Below are positions 11,993-26,301 of a stretch of 64,000 nucleotides of DNA, piece after piece (positions within the stretch are counted from its first letter, which is position 1; each line of letters begins with the position of its first letter). Location of the stretch: the NCBI GenBank assembly GCA_000165425.1, contig CT868033.1:124001-188000 (forward strand), read 5' to 3'. The notes under the pieces are model-generated. The model had not been told where the DNA came from. It did not search any database and was given only the letters and a program-made list of their open reading frames with translations. The DNA comes from Paramecium tetraurelia. Taxonomy: Eukaryota. The position numbers were made by a program, and so were the translations under genes.

Positions 11993-13152
11993 TCATTAAG
12001 TTTCTAATTTATTAATTGTCGTATAGATGGCTTTCCTAGATGAATAGGTGAGAATTACTAATTCAATTCTTCTAGGGCTATCAATTATTTGATACGTCTG
12101 GGTAATTGTAGAAATTGTTTGCGTTTCCACTCTCTGGTTTCAGCATAATAATTATCCAACTTGATTTCGCAAGCCGATTGCAACGAAGAAGCATAAGAAT
12201 CATCTGGATTTTAAGGTGGATCTTGATTGTAGTGAGTTCTTTTGACTCTATGAGTGAGTACCTTTCTGCCAAAGTTCTTTCTAAAGTCGACTTCTGAATC
12301 AATGACATTTTGAATGTATTTGGGATGCTTTTCAATCTTGACTCCTTTGGGTTTGTTGTATAAATAATCATACAATTGAACATCAGCATGAGTTAAGATA
12401 CCATCTTAGTTTCTGCGATCAGTTTTGGCTGCCTTGTGAAAAAGAGTGAAGTCATTCCGTTTCGTTTGGATGCTCAGACGTACAATCTTGTTGATATTGT
12501 TCTCATGTTATTCGGCTTGGGTTTGTAATTCTTGGAGATAGAGTTATGCATTGTTTTCAAGCACTGACTTTAGGTAGGATCTGGGAGGAATGGTTTAAAT
12601 GACTTATTATTGTAATTTGCAAACGGGTTCAACATTGTCATAATTGAGTCGATATTGTTTTAAGTTTTTGGTTTTGGGTATCAATTTCTCTTGATATCCC
12701 ATGGAATTCTCTTTGTGATTGGCGATGTCCAAAATAGTTTATACTATGGTGAGTGTCTGAGCATTGGCTTGTCTTATTTCTTCATTGTGAGGTTTTTTGA
12801 TTGCTACTTTCTCTTTGATAAGGTTACGAACTTTGACAATTTTACTCTTTAGGTAGTTTTTTCTTTGTTCGGTTTATTGACGTATTTTGAGAGTCATTCG
12901 ATGTTTTGGTTAGAGTTGTTGTTCTGCATTCAGTCTGGGGTAATTGAGGGTTTGGATTAGTCTCTGGAGATTCAAGTCACCTTTCAAGTAATGGGCAAAA
13001 TGTTGTTCGAATTGTTATCCATGATTACGTGTTTCGAATGGTTTTGTAGTCACAAGAGGATCAACATTTTTTCTGGATGACACATGAAGAGTGTTAAATT
13101 TACGATGGATATTTTTAGAGTGATCGAAATCGCATGTTGTAGAAAAGCTCAT
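11993..13152 (-). CDS. Hypothetical protein (~378 aa), 1 intron near 3' end
   Basis: Long code-6 ORF; the 23-nt intron GTAATTCTCACCTATTCATCTAG leads to TGA at 11995-11993. Confidence 0.7.
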
Positions 13153-13166
13153 TAATAATTTTAATA

Positions 13167-13765
13167 ATGCAATTCAAAGAAGAATTGATTAATGTGATTA
13201 TCAACTTGATTGAAGAAATGCTCGAATGCAAACTCAATTCCATCATGCAAGAAGTATTCCATCCCTTATCTTAGGTTAATGACAAACTGGCTCGCATGCA
13301 TCAAGATATCGAAAACATGTAGGATGTTCTGGTCAAGCACTTCTCTCATCAAGTGGCTCATTCCAGAGCTGAGTCCTTGAGTGAAACGGTTGATACTGCA
13401 GAAGAAGATTAATTCAAGAAATCCATCAATGCAGAATTGGATAGTCTTGGTTTACGTGTGTAGCAATTAGAATACATGAATCACATCATTCTTGATACTC
13501 AAAGTGCCAATAAAGCCAATTTTAAGGAACTAGAACGCAAAATATAACCAATGCAAGAATAAATTAATAAGTCAATCGAAGAGATGAAAAAGGACTTAAA
13601 GGGTACAATCCATCTATCAAAATAGACAAGCAGACCTTTTAATGGACAGTATTGAATGACCAAATTGAACGAGTAGAAAAGTATGTCTAAAAACTCAAAC
13701 AAGCAGATCTCTTATTCTAATAAAAATAATAATTGTAAACACAAACCAACAAGAAATCCAAATGA
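13167..13765 (+). CDS. Hypothetical coiled-coil protein, 2 introns
   Basis: ORF restored by 21- and 23-nt GT..AG introns; heptad-rich. Confidence 0.7.
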
Positions 13766-13793
13766 ATCTAACTAATATATAGTAATTTAAACA

Positions 13794-16700
13794 TCATTCT
13801 ATATTATTATCATTTACATAACCAAAAATTGTAGATATAGTACTCTTCTTTGGCAATTGAAAATCATCTGGACTCTAGGGGTTTTCAGGATCAATATACG
13901 CCGATATCACACTTGTGAATTCATTCTACCCTATTACTCTCTAATTCAACTTGTTTCGATCGAATTTTCTATTGTATATTTATTTAGCTATACATATATT
14001 TTACTAACTGAGGCGCAATCGAATTCAATAAACTTATCGTAGTATAAGTGGATGAGGTATTGGGTCTATTGGAGTGAATCTAAAATTAAGAATTTAGATC
14101 CAGATTTGATTTCTATAACTTCAGTTTTCCAATGAACTCCATAACGTAAACTCTGGCCTTCTTCCATAAATAGCACGCCTTTCGTTTGGCATGGTAATTC
14201 TTGGGCTTCTTGATGCAGTATTTCAGACAAGGATATCTGAGAACTAAATTAACTATCTTCTCTAAATGTTACTGTTTCAATCCAGACAAATATTCCTTTA
14301 TGATCTTCATTGCTATATACGAACAATACATAAGATTAAGACTGGAACACGTTATCGACAACAGATACACCATCCAACTGTAAGGATTTCTAAATTGACT
14401 ATAAGTGCAAATCAAGGTGATCATCGCCAGTTGAGTGGATATCTTATCAATGAAGTTGTATTGCTTCTCAATGTAAGGTTGATGTTGAGTCAACAACTCA
14501 AGGTAAATCAGTAATATTAATATTGCAAACAGGAACATTAACTTGATATCCTAAATCAACAGAGTCTTCAAAAAATAGAATATTGATTTCACAAAAAAAC
14601 AGATGAACTCCCAATAATAGTATCTATCCTTATATTCCACATATAAATAACCATACGGCATCCTCAATTTGCAAGTCCACAACTTGTTCTTATTCATGTA
14701 CAACTTCACTATGTAAAAGATGGGAGAGATCACTCCTACAATCAGCAGAGTGGGGATTATAAATACCTATAAATAGAAGTAGTACTCATCAGTGTAGCAA
14801 AGGTATGATGTGGCAGCTTAGATGTAATATTAGCCTGAGGCTTTGATGCAGAACATCAATTTCAATAATCCTTCGATGATGTCTCCTTAAAAGTAAAAGT
14901 TCACTTGAATGACACTAGTTATGAAAATATTCCTTGTTGAGTCTTCCAATGGTTTTGTCTTACAAAATTGTATTAGACTGTATATGAACACAAAAGAAAA
15001 CACAAACAGCAATGAAAAAAACAGATTCCAAAACTACCTTAAATACACTATTTCAATCTCAATATTGGATTGCAATAGAAAACACTCAATAGAGTATCCT
15101 ATTGTAGATAAAGGGTTTCCTATTACCTAAGCAAAAAATACTATTGGCATTGGAAACTCAAACTCAATTATCAAACTAATCGAAATCAATTGGAAATAAC
15201 TAGACACTGATTTAATCAGAATTTCAGTTTAATCAATAAACATTGTTGATCTAGTTGCAAAAAAGATACCCATCATCCTTAGATAATAGGCTGATAATTG
15301 TGATCTCACTAATTTCAGACTCCCTCTGACTGATATAAATAAGGCTACTAAAATCCACAAAAATGATAGAAATATCTTTAATATATTAAAAGCATCATTT
15401 TAACATAAAGAACAATTTCCACCCTGATTCCTTGTATATGAAGCATTCCATTAAACAGCATAATAATCACAATCATTACATAATGCTCCAACATATCCTT
15501 AGGAACAAGTGAAATTCTGTTCTCCCCCTTAACATGAAGATTAAAAGGTCCCACAATATTCTATCTAATCAGTTAAGTTGTTGGGTCTCCAATACCCTTA
15601 CTTGATCATCAACTATGAGCCTCCAGGACATAACTCAATGGATGTAATGCATTATTAACATTATTTGAAGTTCGTCAGACTATATGTTCCAGCTGGGCAT
15701 CGTAAACATGTCTAATTCATCCAAGCCTCCCCAATTTCACACTCTATCATATTTAAATAAATCGACAGTTTGAATGTATCATTGTAGAATTTAAATTGTG
15801 GGAACTCTATTTGTAGTTCTACTTATTGATTTTTAGGTAAACTCTGATATTATGAATAGGATATTTCGTATTAGCATTTTTGTGAATTGAATTGGAATAT
15901 CTTGAAATTTATTGACAGATAATTGCTAAAATTACATAATCTATTCTTTCCACTGTCTAAGATAGCAATCATGAATTCAATCTTCTATCCACTCTTTAGT
16001 TAATCAAACTCTATAATAGCGTTCTTTTTGATCAAATGATCTAATAAGTACGTTGTATTGTGCAAGGTAATGTACACAGGTCCATTGATGTAGGTATTAA
16101 GATCGGGTTCAACAATTTAATTTGTGATTAGATGAATCTACTTGTCGTTTTTCATACTACAATTTTTATAGGAATTATATTCAATATAATGTGTAGCATC
16201 TCCTGTTTGATTGAAGGTTATTACGCCACCATCTGCAGAGTACAAGTTATTAAATTGGTTTTCGAAGATTTTAACAGAAGAATTTGTTATTACAAAAGCT
16301 GATCCCTCATTACCAGTAAGATTTGTAAATATATTATTTTAAGCAATTACATTGCCGTTATTTTGAATATTCATGTAGCCTAACAAAGATATTGAATTTC
16401 TGAAATTACACTGTTTTATTTCAATATAGCTACAATTCTTAATAACAATAACTCCATCACAAGATTAGCAAGTAATATCATAACATTAAAAATCAGTGAA
16501 TATAACCTTGGAACCATCTTCAATTCTTATAACTTACTTATAATTCTAAATAACATTAAATATCTGACTCTACTTAATTATGAAGTTGGATTTTTGAATA
16601 GCAATCAAGGGAATCTGGAAGTTATTTATTTCGAATAATTTAATTAGATTAAGTTTGATTTATGAGTTTTTAACGCAGAGGAAATTACATTCCTCACAAT

Positions 16701-17973
16701 TCTACATCGTAATCATATTTATGACTATGTTTACATTATTTGATAATTTGGCTATTGATATTGATGAACAATTAGTAACTAACAGGTTGGTGATTTGAAC
16801 TAACGAGGATTATTTGACATTAATTAAAGTTGAATTAAATATCCTAGTGAAATTTACCTAATCAATTAAAAGCTCTTTAATTGAACTTTTGTTGAATATT
16901 GACCCTAAAGTAGAATCAAAATGTCCTTTATAAATTTATAGAGTGCCATTGGCAGAGAAAAAGGGGTCAACTGACTGACAAGATTCGATTGTGAATTGAG
17001 TTATCATGACATTACTGGAAGAATATTTATTTATCATCAAACTTCCTTTAACCCCCTACAAAGCAAACTTTTTGAGGAGGATATTTTATGAATTAAAATC
17101 TAACAGTACCTCTGATTGAACATTAATCATAGAAGTATTTAGCATTTAAATATATTTACTTTCAGCCACAATTAGTTTTGAGTCTGATATTATAGAATGA
17201 AATAGGTTTCCAACTATTTATATTTAATTGTTGCTTTGCATCATCATCAAATGACTTTAGGAGAATGTTACATTAATAATGTTTGTGTATAGTGCTCCAC
17301 TGACTTGTAAAGCTGTAGAAAGAGTAAAGTATGAATTTTGAATTGTAATTTCTTATGAAATGTCTGTAACAATCAAAATACTTTAAATTACAAAGGAGTT
17401 ATTAAATGTGATACTTCTGAGTAAAGCAACTGTGGCCAAAGTTGAGTTGATAAAACTGACTTAATCGAAGATAATATTGCGTAATCTACTCAGTTATTGG
17501 ACAAGAGAACTTCTAAAAAAAGTAGAGTTAGATATAATCAGTCCATCTGCATCTACTGGTGAAGCAAAGACTGGGTTGTACTAGAATATCATCTTGGTCA
17601 TGATAGTTTATCGAATGAATATTTTGGTTGCATTGATTTAGCAATTACTTGTAAGAGTAACATTGTTCAGATGGACTTATGTTGATATTGACAGCATTTT
17701 GGTTTGTGTGTTAATTGTTATATTCTGAAATTCGACTAGTTGGAATCCTTGTAAAAGGATGTTCTGATTCAAAAGCAATTCAGTTCCTGTAATTTTTAGT
17801 TATCCACCCAAGGATGTCATATTGATTAGTTTATCATTGCTAACATTCAGTGTGCAATTGTAGTTTGGTATTGTGATGGATTTATCGAGTTGCAAAGTTA
17901 AACCTAATTAGTCTTTACAAATCAATAATCCTATTGCGAAATATATATTTATGAGCAAAAACAATCCTTTCAT
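13794..17973 (-). CDS. Large membrane protein: signal peptide, Asn/Ile-rich beta-helix-like ectodomain, Cys-rich segment, multi-TM C-terminus (ciliate-expanded family)
   Basis: MKGLFLLINIYFAIGLLIC N-terminus; CPGGS..LIKQGYWRP, CSQGYVGALCNDCD; C-terminal TM region with YGYLYVEYKDRYYYWEF and QPY motifs. Confidence 0.75.
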
Positions 17974-18195
17974 CAAATAATAAATAGTGATTAATTATTT
18001 CAATAAACATCAAAATCATAAAACATCAATACCCATTATAATTTTATGACCTCCCAACTATTCTAAATATTAATAAATAATATTAATTTATAAGAATTAC
18101 AATAATTAGTATCAAATTAAATTGATATAATCTTTACCATTTATAATAATAATACTTATTTAAATTTATGTCTTATTAATCAAAAATCACTTTGT

Positions 18196-18488
18196 TCATT
18201 AAACATATGGAAAAGCATAACTGAATTCCCTACTCTAGAAGATATTAGCAAATTTTATTACCTATTTGAATGGTCTCACTGTTGAGATTGTATAAACCGA
18301 TGGTACTGTGTACGGAGTCCGAACTATGGGTTGTGCATACTGAATACCAGCAGGACTTTGAATAGCATATTGTTCCTCTATAGGCATCACTAACCTAATG
18401 GGACTCTAATCAAATTAAGCATGAGTATTCTCTATTTAATGATGATTAGCATTATTATTAATATTATTAGGATTATTAGGATTATTAA

Positions 18489-18528
<40 letters not shown>

Positions 18529-19295
18529 TATATTATTATTTTTATTATTAGGAAGATTACTATCAGTATAATTATATAATGAATATACTACTGAATCATC
18601 CACGATACTTGAGACTCTTCTAATAGGGTTCTCCTCTTGCCATTCATTATCTCTAAGATTTAAAAATTCTCCATTATTGGAAGCTACCGTAAATAATCTA
18701 TTCAAGTGCAACTTAACTTGTTATAATGAGAATTAATTTATTTGGATTGGATTATTTTAATAGGTTAATTAAGGCTCGTGATACCCTTGATCTGGTTCAA
18801 CAAAATATAGAATGGCTTCTTTCATACAAGTTTGAGAATCCTTAAGCTTTTCCAATTTGGATATTAAATTCCTCCATTCAACGACCAAATCTGGTTGATA
18901 ATTTTAATCAGCTTTTCTGAGGAGATCTTCAAAAATTGCATCGATCAATTTGTGGAGATCTTGGCGCAATTATAAAAAATCATGTCTTTGATGTAAGGCA
19001 ATTTCATTGGCCCTTTTGGCATAGCCACGATAGACTTGAGTTAGAGTGTTTTGGATAGAATCGACTTAATAATAGGCTTGGAATATGACTTACTAAATTT
19101 GGAATGCTGGGGAGAATGAGTTCCCAAACAAGTGTCACATAGAGGCATTAAGCATGATGTCTTTTTGCAGAAATGAGTTATAAATTTCGGATGATAGACG
19201 CATTTAGTTTAAGGCAATTAGGTGAATGTGTGATCCGGAGAAATTTGGACTGGTTGTTATTGATCGTTAATAGGTTATAGTTATTAATATATCAT
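18196..19295 (-). CDS. B-box-like zinc finger protein with coiled coil and poly-Asn tract
   Basis: CVYHPKFITHFCKKTSCLMPLCDTCLGTHSPQH; one 3' intron. Confidence 0.7.
18436..18552 (-). repeat. (AAT)n coding microsatellite encoding poly-Asn
   Basis: Long ATT/AAT run inside the B-box gene. Confidence 0.9.
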
Positions 19296-19332
19296 AAAAA
19301 TATAAATATATATACATATATAAAATAAATAA

Positions 19333-21257
19333 ATGAACAAAGCTGAGGATAGTTAGAATTAGTTTTTTGTGATTGAACGTACACTTATGATGTGAATTAT
19401 GTAGAAATTGAGATGAGCAGTGAGAGTGAACCTGAAGACTTGGAAGATTTGGATGAATTGAATGACATCAAACATGAAGAAGAAAATCTCAATGATTTAG
19501 ATAAGATTATAACTGATGTGAAAAGTAAGATTCTATTCGATAATTACTTAGAGGAAGAATACATGCCCAAAATAAGAGCAGAACCCCCAGAGCCAAAACC
19601 ACCAGGGGTTATAAAGAGACCAGAAGTTGTGGATGACTTTATTCGTAACTTCCTCATCAAGAATCAAATGAATCGAAGTCTGGAAGTATTTCAGGTATTT
19701 TTCATCATCAATTGTCCTAGTAAGAATGGTACGAACTATCATAGAAAGGCAAATTGGCTACAGATGGAATGGGTTAAGTGACAGATGTTTATGTTTAAAA
19801 TGAGAAACTTAAAGAAGAACTAAAATATGTAAGAGGAGAGTTGGACAAAGCTAAAATTGTAGCTGAAAATGCCAAATCCACATACGACAAACTCAGAAAA
19901 GAAAGAGATTTCCACAAAATGCATCATCATAGAGTCCAATAAGAAAAAAGGAAATTGAATCATGACATTGATAAGTTGAAAGGATTGCACTAACAATATG
20001 AAGACAAATATGAAGAACTATCCTAAAAGTATTCCCACGCTATGAAAGAAAAGATGTTATTGAAATTAGAAAGAGATAGATTGGTGGCAAAAAATGATGC
20101 ACTCCAAAGAAGTTTATAAAATGTATATCTTAATTAATAATTAAAAAAAGGTCGAAGAAAAGATCAATAAAGAAAAAGAGCCAGGAAGTCCCACAGATAA
20201 ACTTCCTTTAGTTGACACCAAGGCCAACACCAAGAAGGCATCAACCAAAACCAATACTCAATTCCCTCCTGATGATAGACCCAATCCTTATGCAGGTACT
20301 CAAATAGAACCACAAAATTACAGAAATGCCATCCTAAATAAAACTTTTAAAGGACACATGATGGCCATCTCATCTATGGATATGCACCCAAAGAAATCCA
20401 TTGTTGCCACTGCCTCTGATGATTTCACTTGGAAAATTTGGACCTTGCCATAAGGTGAATTGATCATGTCTGGAGAAGGCCATAAAGATTGGGTCAGTGG
20501 AATTCATTTCCATCCAAAAGGAAGTCATCTAGTTACCTCATCTGGTGATTGTACAATCAAGGTCTGGGATTTCATCAATGCATCATGCACTCATACATTC
20601 AAAGATCACATTTAACCTGTTTGGGGTGTTAAATTCAATGACACTGGAGAGTTCATTGTGAGTGCTAGTATGGATCATACATGTAAAGTATTCGATTTAG
20701 CATCCGGTAAAACTAGGCATACATTCAGAGGACATGTATTTATTTATTTATTATTCAAAGGTCGATTCTGTCAATCACGTGAGTTTCCAGCCATTTTCAA
20801 ACATCTTTACTTCTGCTTCAGCTGATAAGACAATATCATTATGGGATATCAGAAGTGGATTATGCGTTCAAACCTTCTATGGCCACTTGAATAGTGTCAA
20901 TCATGCCACCTTCTCTTTAAAGGGAGATAGTATTGCCAGTTGCGATGCTGATGGAATTATCAAAATGTGGGATGTTAGAATGGTCAAGGGAAGATCACAA
21001 TTTGATGCAGGTCCTTATTCTGCCAATGCTGTGGCTCTGGACAAGAGTGGCACTATACTTCTTGTGGGCTCCGATGACCAATAGATCAGACTCTATAATG
21101 AAACCACCTAGAAGGTATGATCCTTATTCACGTATTCAATAGTAAGAACACACTTTGAAGGGACATGAAGATGCTGTCCAAGATGTTGCCTTTGATTACA
21201 ATAGCAAAATGATTATTAGTTGCGGTTCCCGATGCTACTTTTAGAATTTATTAATGA
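19333..21257 (+). CDS. SPAG16: Central-pair WD40 protein PF20/SPAG16
   Basis: RPEVVDDFIRNFLIKNQMNRSLEVFQ..EWYEL, KLRKERDFHKMHHHRVQQEK, seven GH..WD-type repeats; extra C near 21228-21230 in the last repeat. Confidence 0.85.
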
Positions 21258-21441
21258 TTTAAAATTTTATAAACAAGATGCATATTATTTAGCCAATTTT
21301 ACTGAAGATTTACCTTCCATTTATATCTTATTTTTATATATTCTTTAAAAACTATTCTTGCAATCCTTTCATGTAAAATGACTATTCAAATTCTAATTAT
21401 TTAAGCTTCCTTCAAATTTTGATTTAAATCATAAAAATTAG

Positions 21442-22966
21442 ATGAATCAAGTTTAAGAGAGATTTAAAAGATTCGACATTTTCGGTTAAGAAATCAGACT
21501 AATGGCTTCTGGCTAGTCCGCTTTCAGAACAAACATTGGAGCATTTATGACTTTGGCTTTATTTTCTATTCTGGCATATTCTTGTAATTCCTTTATTTTG
21601 GAAATGAATAAAGGAAAAAATGCTATGCTTAATTCTAAGGAGACTGTAATATCTGGAGAAGAAGTAACTCGAAGAAATTTAACTTAGGGTTATACCTTTA
21701 ATTCGACTGAGCTTATCTTCGCTGTTGGATTATTAGACAATTTGGGATAACCTGTTCCTAATGATAATAATCGAGTATTTTCTATTAGCTTTTACTATTG
21801 CAACAAGTCATTAACCGACACTGAGTGCACCTACATACCAGGAACAATATGTGGCAGCAGAATTCAAGAAATCTCACAAGTAAATATACTTTTATAAGTT
21901 AGTAATTAAATATACCAAAGGGTTATGAAGATATTACTTACTGTATGGATGAAGAATACATTAAGTAAAATCCAGAAATCAGAATTCAAGGCTCAACTAG
22001 ATAAGATAATTTTACCTTATTAGGAGCATTAGTCTAAAGATGTCAGAATAGCACGGATTCTAATAGTAATTTATAATTAAATTAGATTGTGCACCATAGG
22101 AGGATATTGATTAATATATCAAAAATGCAAATCTATACTACTCTTACTCTTTTCATCAGTTCAACAAAGAATTGGATGATTCCCCTTACGAAAAAGCCTA
22201 AAATATTGATGTTACACCAATGTACTACAAAGTTCGAAAATATATAAAAATTTATTTTTAATACTCATAGAGTTAATTGGAGTATAACCCTTTTTACTTT
22301 TTCCCTTCTTACGCTCAGCATGATGGCTTTGAATATTAAAATACAGGAATAGATACGGCCTTAAATTTTGAAGACGACAGCAGTTTTGCCCAACTAGAAA
22401 TTAATTTGGATGCGAAGAAGAGGATTCATTTCATCACCTACCAAACCTTAATGGATGTTGCTGCCAAGATTGGTGGCTTTTTCACAATCATTAGAATCAT
22501 TTTTGAAATTGTTCTATTCCCCATCTAATCAATACTTTACAGACTCTATTTGATCAATTGTTTAACTCATCAATAAAATAATGTCAATACCAATACATCT
22601 GACACTCCTAAGAATAAAACTAATAACTTTTTAACCTTCTATAGACTAATAAAATCTGCAAAAGCAAGATAGTTCTATCTTAATCAATCTGTTCTAATTG
22701 ATAAGTTTTTGGACATAACAGAAATACTGATTAACCCTTTACGATTTACGCGGCAAGTCGAAGACTTATATGGGTCAATAAAGAAATTTGATATTGTAAG
22801 TGCACGGCAGAATAATTACAACATTAATCAACAGATAGATGAACTGGTGGCTAATAACAATAACGACTTTGCAGATCTCAAAAGCTTGAGTCCAAGAACT
22901 ATAAATTAAGAAATGAAGTTGGGAAGTCTAACCAATTTTAAGGTTCCTCAACTTTCTATAAATTGA
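21442..22966 (+). CDS. Two-TM membrane protein with large extracellular loop (ciliate-expanded family)
   Basis: N-terminal FKRFDIFGQEI...FRTNIGAFMTLALFSILAY (TM1) and YQTLMDVAAKIGGFFTIIRIIFEIVLFP (TM2); several short introns. Confidence 0.7.
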
Positions 22967-23022
22967 ACTTTAATAATATTTAAATATATAATTGGATTTT
23001 ATAAAAAGATATTAATTGTAAG

Positions 23023-23986
23023 TCATTTTAATAATTGATTGAGTAATTCTTATGCAAGATATGTTTTTGAATCTATCTCTGATTTAACTAATTAAATTTG
23101 TGTTCTTAATACGCTTTCTTTGAAAACTTATTAATTTAATATTACATTTATCGAGTTGATCTCTTCAATCTGTTCAAGTTGTCTTACATACATAATTATT
23201 TTAATCCATTTATAGAAAAATATAGAAACTTTATTTTTTAATCTATCATCTACTTTCTGTAGGTAAATAAGGATTCTGAAAACAGCTCTGTTTCTGGAAT
23301 TCTGAGATTTTGTAGACAAGGACACTTTGGAATTATTAGTGCTTATTGGCGATTTCGATCTTGATTTTTATTTATTTTCCTTCTAATACACAACATTATT
23401 TTATTAAATTTAAGTAACAGTTGATTTAAATGTATTCTAATTTGTATTGTATTTCGAATTGCTTGCATAATTCATTGAGGCAGTATTCCTGATAAATCTA
23501 TGAAATGCGATGGGTCTTGATCAATCTTTCTTTTCGAGCTGCATTTTTGAATAATTGAACCAAAATTTGTTTTTGTCTAATTTAGAAGAAAGCCTTTCTC
23601 TCCAAATCGAATATCTATTCTTCAATAATCTTACGCTATTTCTTCATATTTCTATATGGATAGCGTTTTTATTTTTCGAGATCCTTTCTTTCAATTTCCC
23701 AATTCTTTTCAAAAATGTCCTAATTTTGAAAGTATCTCCAAATGTAAAAGTAAAAGCATTTTTTGGTTTAATAAGTTTAATCTTCTTGTCTACTATAGTA
23801 TTTTAACATGAGAGTTATTAGTTTTTGAATATCTTTTTAATCATATTACATTTAATAAAACGACCTGTCATCATCTGATTCATGTAAATTTTTGAGATGA
23901 TCATCCATTTCTTAAATGATATCTCTTTATTCCATTTACTTATTAAATTCATTCTTTCTCTAAACAATTTGTTCTGCTATATTCAT
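23023..23986 (-). CDS. Hypothetical protein
   Basis: Long code-6 ORF MNIAEQIVQRKNEFNKQMEQ...ELLNQLLK*. Confidence 0.6.
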
Positions 23987-24023
23987 TAATTTAATAAATA
24001 TCAAATAAAGCCATAAATCAAAA

Positions 24024-26278
24024 TCAGAAGTCCTCCTCATCATTAAATGACAATGAGCCAAGTCTTTACTCTTTACTCTTAATAGGAAACTATGTTTAAC
24101 CAAACCCTTTAAATCCTGGTTTTCTCTATTTGATGCTCCCAAAAACCACTTTGCTTTCTTAATTCATCAACAATTCCTATTGCTTTTACTATTTCTCAGC
24201 CTCTATTTTATCTAACTAATCCTTCTCCTATTAGTGTTTCATCTCAGCAATTTCTTATCTAGCATCTCTATAAAAATGGGGAGCTATTTCAAAAAGCCAA
24301 TGCGGATCAAGCTCAGTAACATTGTGCATGGTTAGTTTATGATCTATAAATTATCTCAAAGACCTTACTTTGTTCAATCAATTCATGATAAATTACCCAT
24401 TCAGGGTATGAAACTGTTAAAACCGAAGCAGGATGTAGATGAACTAATTGTTTAGTATAGATATTCCTGTAAACACCTTCCCTTGCTGTATTCTCTCGTT
24501 ATGCTACTTAAGAGAAGAAACCAGAAACAAAGCATCTTTAAATAGCCTCTACATCTTGGATGGAACTTTTAATTTACCTGTTTTTCCTTTTTTTTTGAAT
24601 TTATTTGTAGATCTTTCCAGCTGATTCTAATTTATATTTTGATACTCTGTAGGTATCACACCAATTCCCTTTATTTCCAATGTTAATATATCTAACAAAT
24701 ATATTATGAAGTGATAAAACATCTCCTTCTCTACATCCCAAAGCCTTCTTGGCCTTCAACATTTATAATGGTGTTGCATCACTACTAAAGATACCTCCTT
24801 GTATACTGAGAATACTGGCTATTTTCAACATCTCATCTGAACATTAAAACTCCTCTAGAAAGCTGTTTTCAACACAAACTGCCAATTATGTTTCCAATGG
24901 ATAATCAACTATGGCATTTCCCAATTCTGTTAATGAAAAGTTTTCATCAATCAATTTTAAACTCATCAAAATGTTTATGCAATTGATTAATTACTCATTT
25001 GAAACAGGAGTCAAAAATGTATTGCTACATTGTAAATGATTTGGTGTTAGTGAGAATGACTAAATAAATGCCAGTGATTTTTACTCTAATCTATAAAATG
25101 AGTTCTGTGAGATTAGATCTCAATATTTCTGGAGGGAAGGTCTTAGGCAAATTTTAATAATCTTCCTTAGTGCATAGTCTATAACAAATTCCATCTCTCG
25201 TTCTTCCAGCTCTGCCTGCTCTCTATGCACCAGATTGCTAGGAAATAGGTAAAATATTTAATTATTCCAAATCTATGTTAATAAATTAATTTTCCATACT
25301 TCTCTTATAATCATAAACTTTTACTTTTTGATAACATGAATCTATCACATATACTATTCCATCAATAGTGACACTACTTTCTGCCACATTGGTTGATACT
25401 ATAATTTTTCTACTTGCATGCTATTTAAACACTAGCAACTATTTATCAATGCCCAAATTGGCATGAAGTGGTAATACTACACAATTAGCCTTATGATGTG
25501 ACCATAAATTGATAAATGCATGGATTTCTTCAACAGATGTTAAAAACACAAGAACATCACCTTCTGGCATCTTTTTGTGAATATGATATGCTAATTCCAC
25601 AGCAGCAATCACATAGTTTTTACATGGTTCTAGTAGATACATAATCTAAATATCGTTTAGATTATAATTACATCAACTTCATAATTCCTACCTCTGATTG
25701 CAATGATTTTACTATTCGGGAAAAAGTTTTACAGTAAATCAACTTCCATTGTAGCAGATGAAACTATCACTTTCAATTCAGGTCTCTTTTTTTGGATCTT
25801 CTTGATTAAACACAACAAGAGATCTGTATTTAAAGTGCGTTCATGAATATCATCGAGCATTACAACTGAATATCCTTCAATCAATGGATTGCCCATTATG
25901 ATTTAAATCAATGTTCCATCAGTCACATATTCAATTTTTGTATTTTCACTCACTTTCGATTCGAATCTCACTCGATAACCAATGTCCTATCCCAATTCAG
26001 TCCCATTTTCATCAGATACTCTTTATGCAATACTAATGGCAGCCATCTTTCTAGGCAACGAGACCAAAACTCTGTCTTCTCCACCATAACCAGCTTCTAT
26101 TAAATATTATGGTATCTCTAATATTCATTAAACATTATGTACAAGTTGTTTTGCCTGACCCTGTTTCAGCTAGGATAATCAATGTGCTATTGGTATCGAC
26201 TCCATATAAAATTTATTCTTTATATGCTCTAATTGGCAGATTTTCATGGATGACATTTCCTTTTGATTAAATAAGCAT
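24024..26278 (-). CDS. DHX35: DEAH/RHA RNA helicase, DHX35-like
   Basis: [61 protein letters not shown]2 and OB-fold regions. Confidence 0.75.
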
Positions 26279-26301
26279 AATTAAAATAAACAATTCATTA
26301 T

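Noticed and set aside
11932..11995. Apparent overlap of the two minus-strand genes
   Set aside because: A canonical 23-nt intron near the 3' end of the upstream gene places its stop at 11993-11995
24580..24600. Possible frameshift at the poly-T run in the helicase
   Set aside because: Counting shows the frame is maintained ([24 protein letters not shown])
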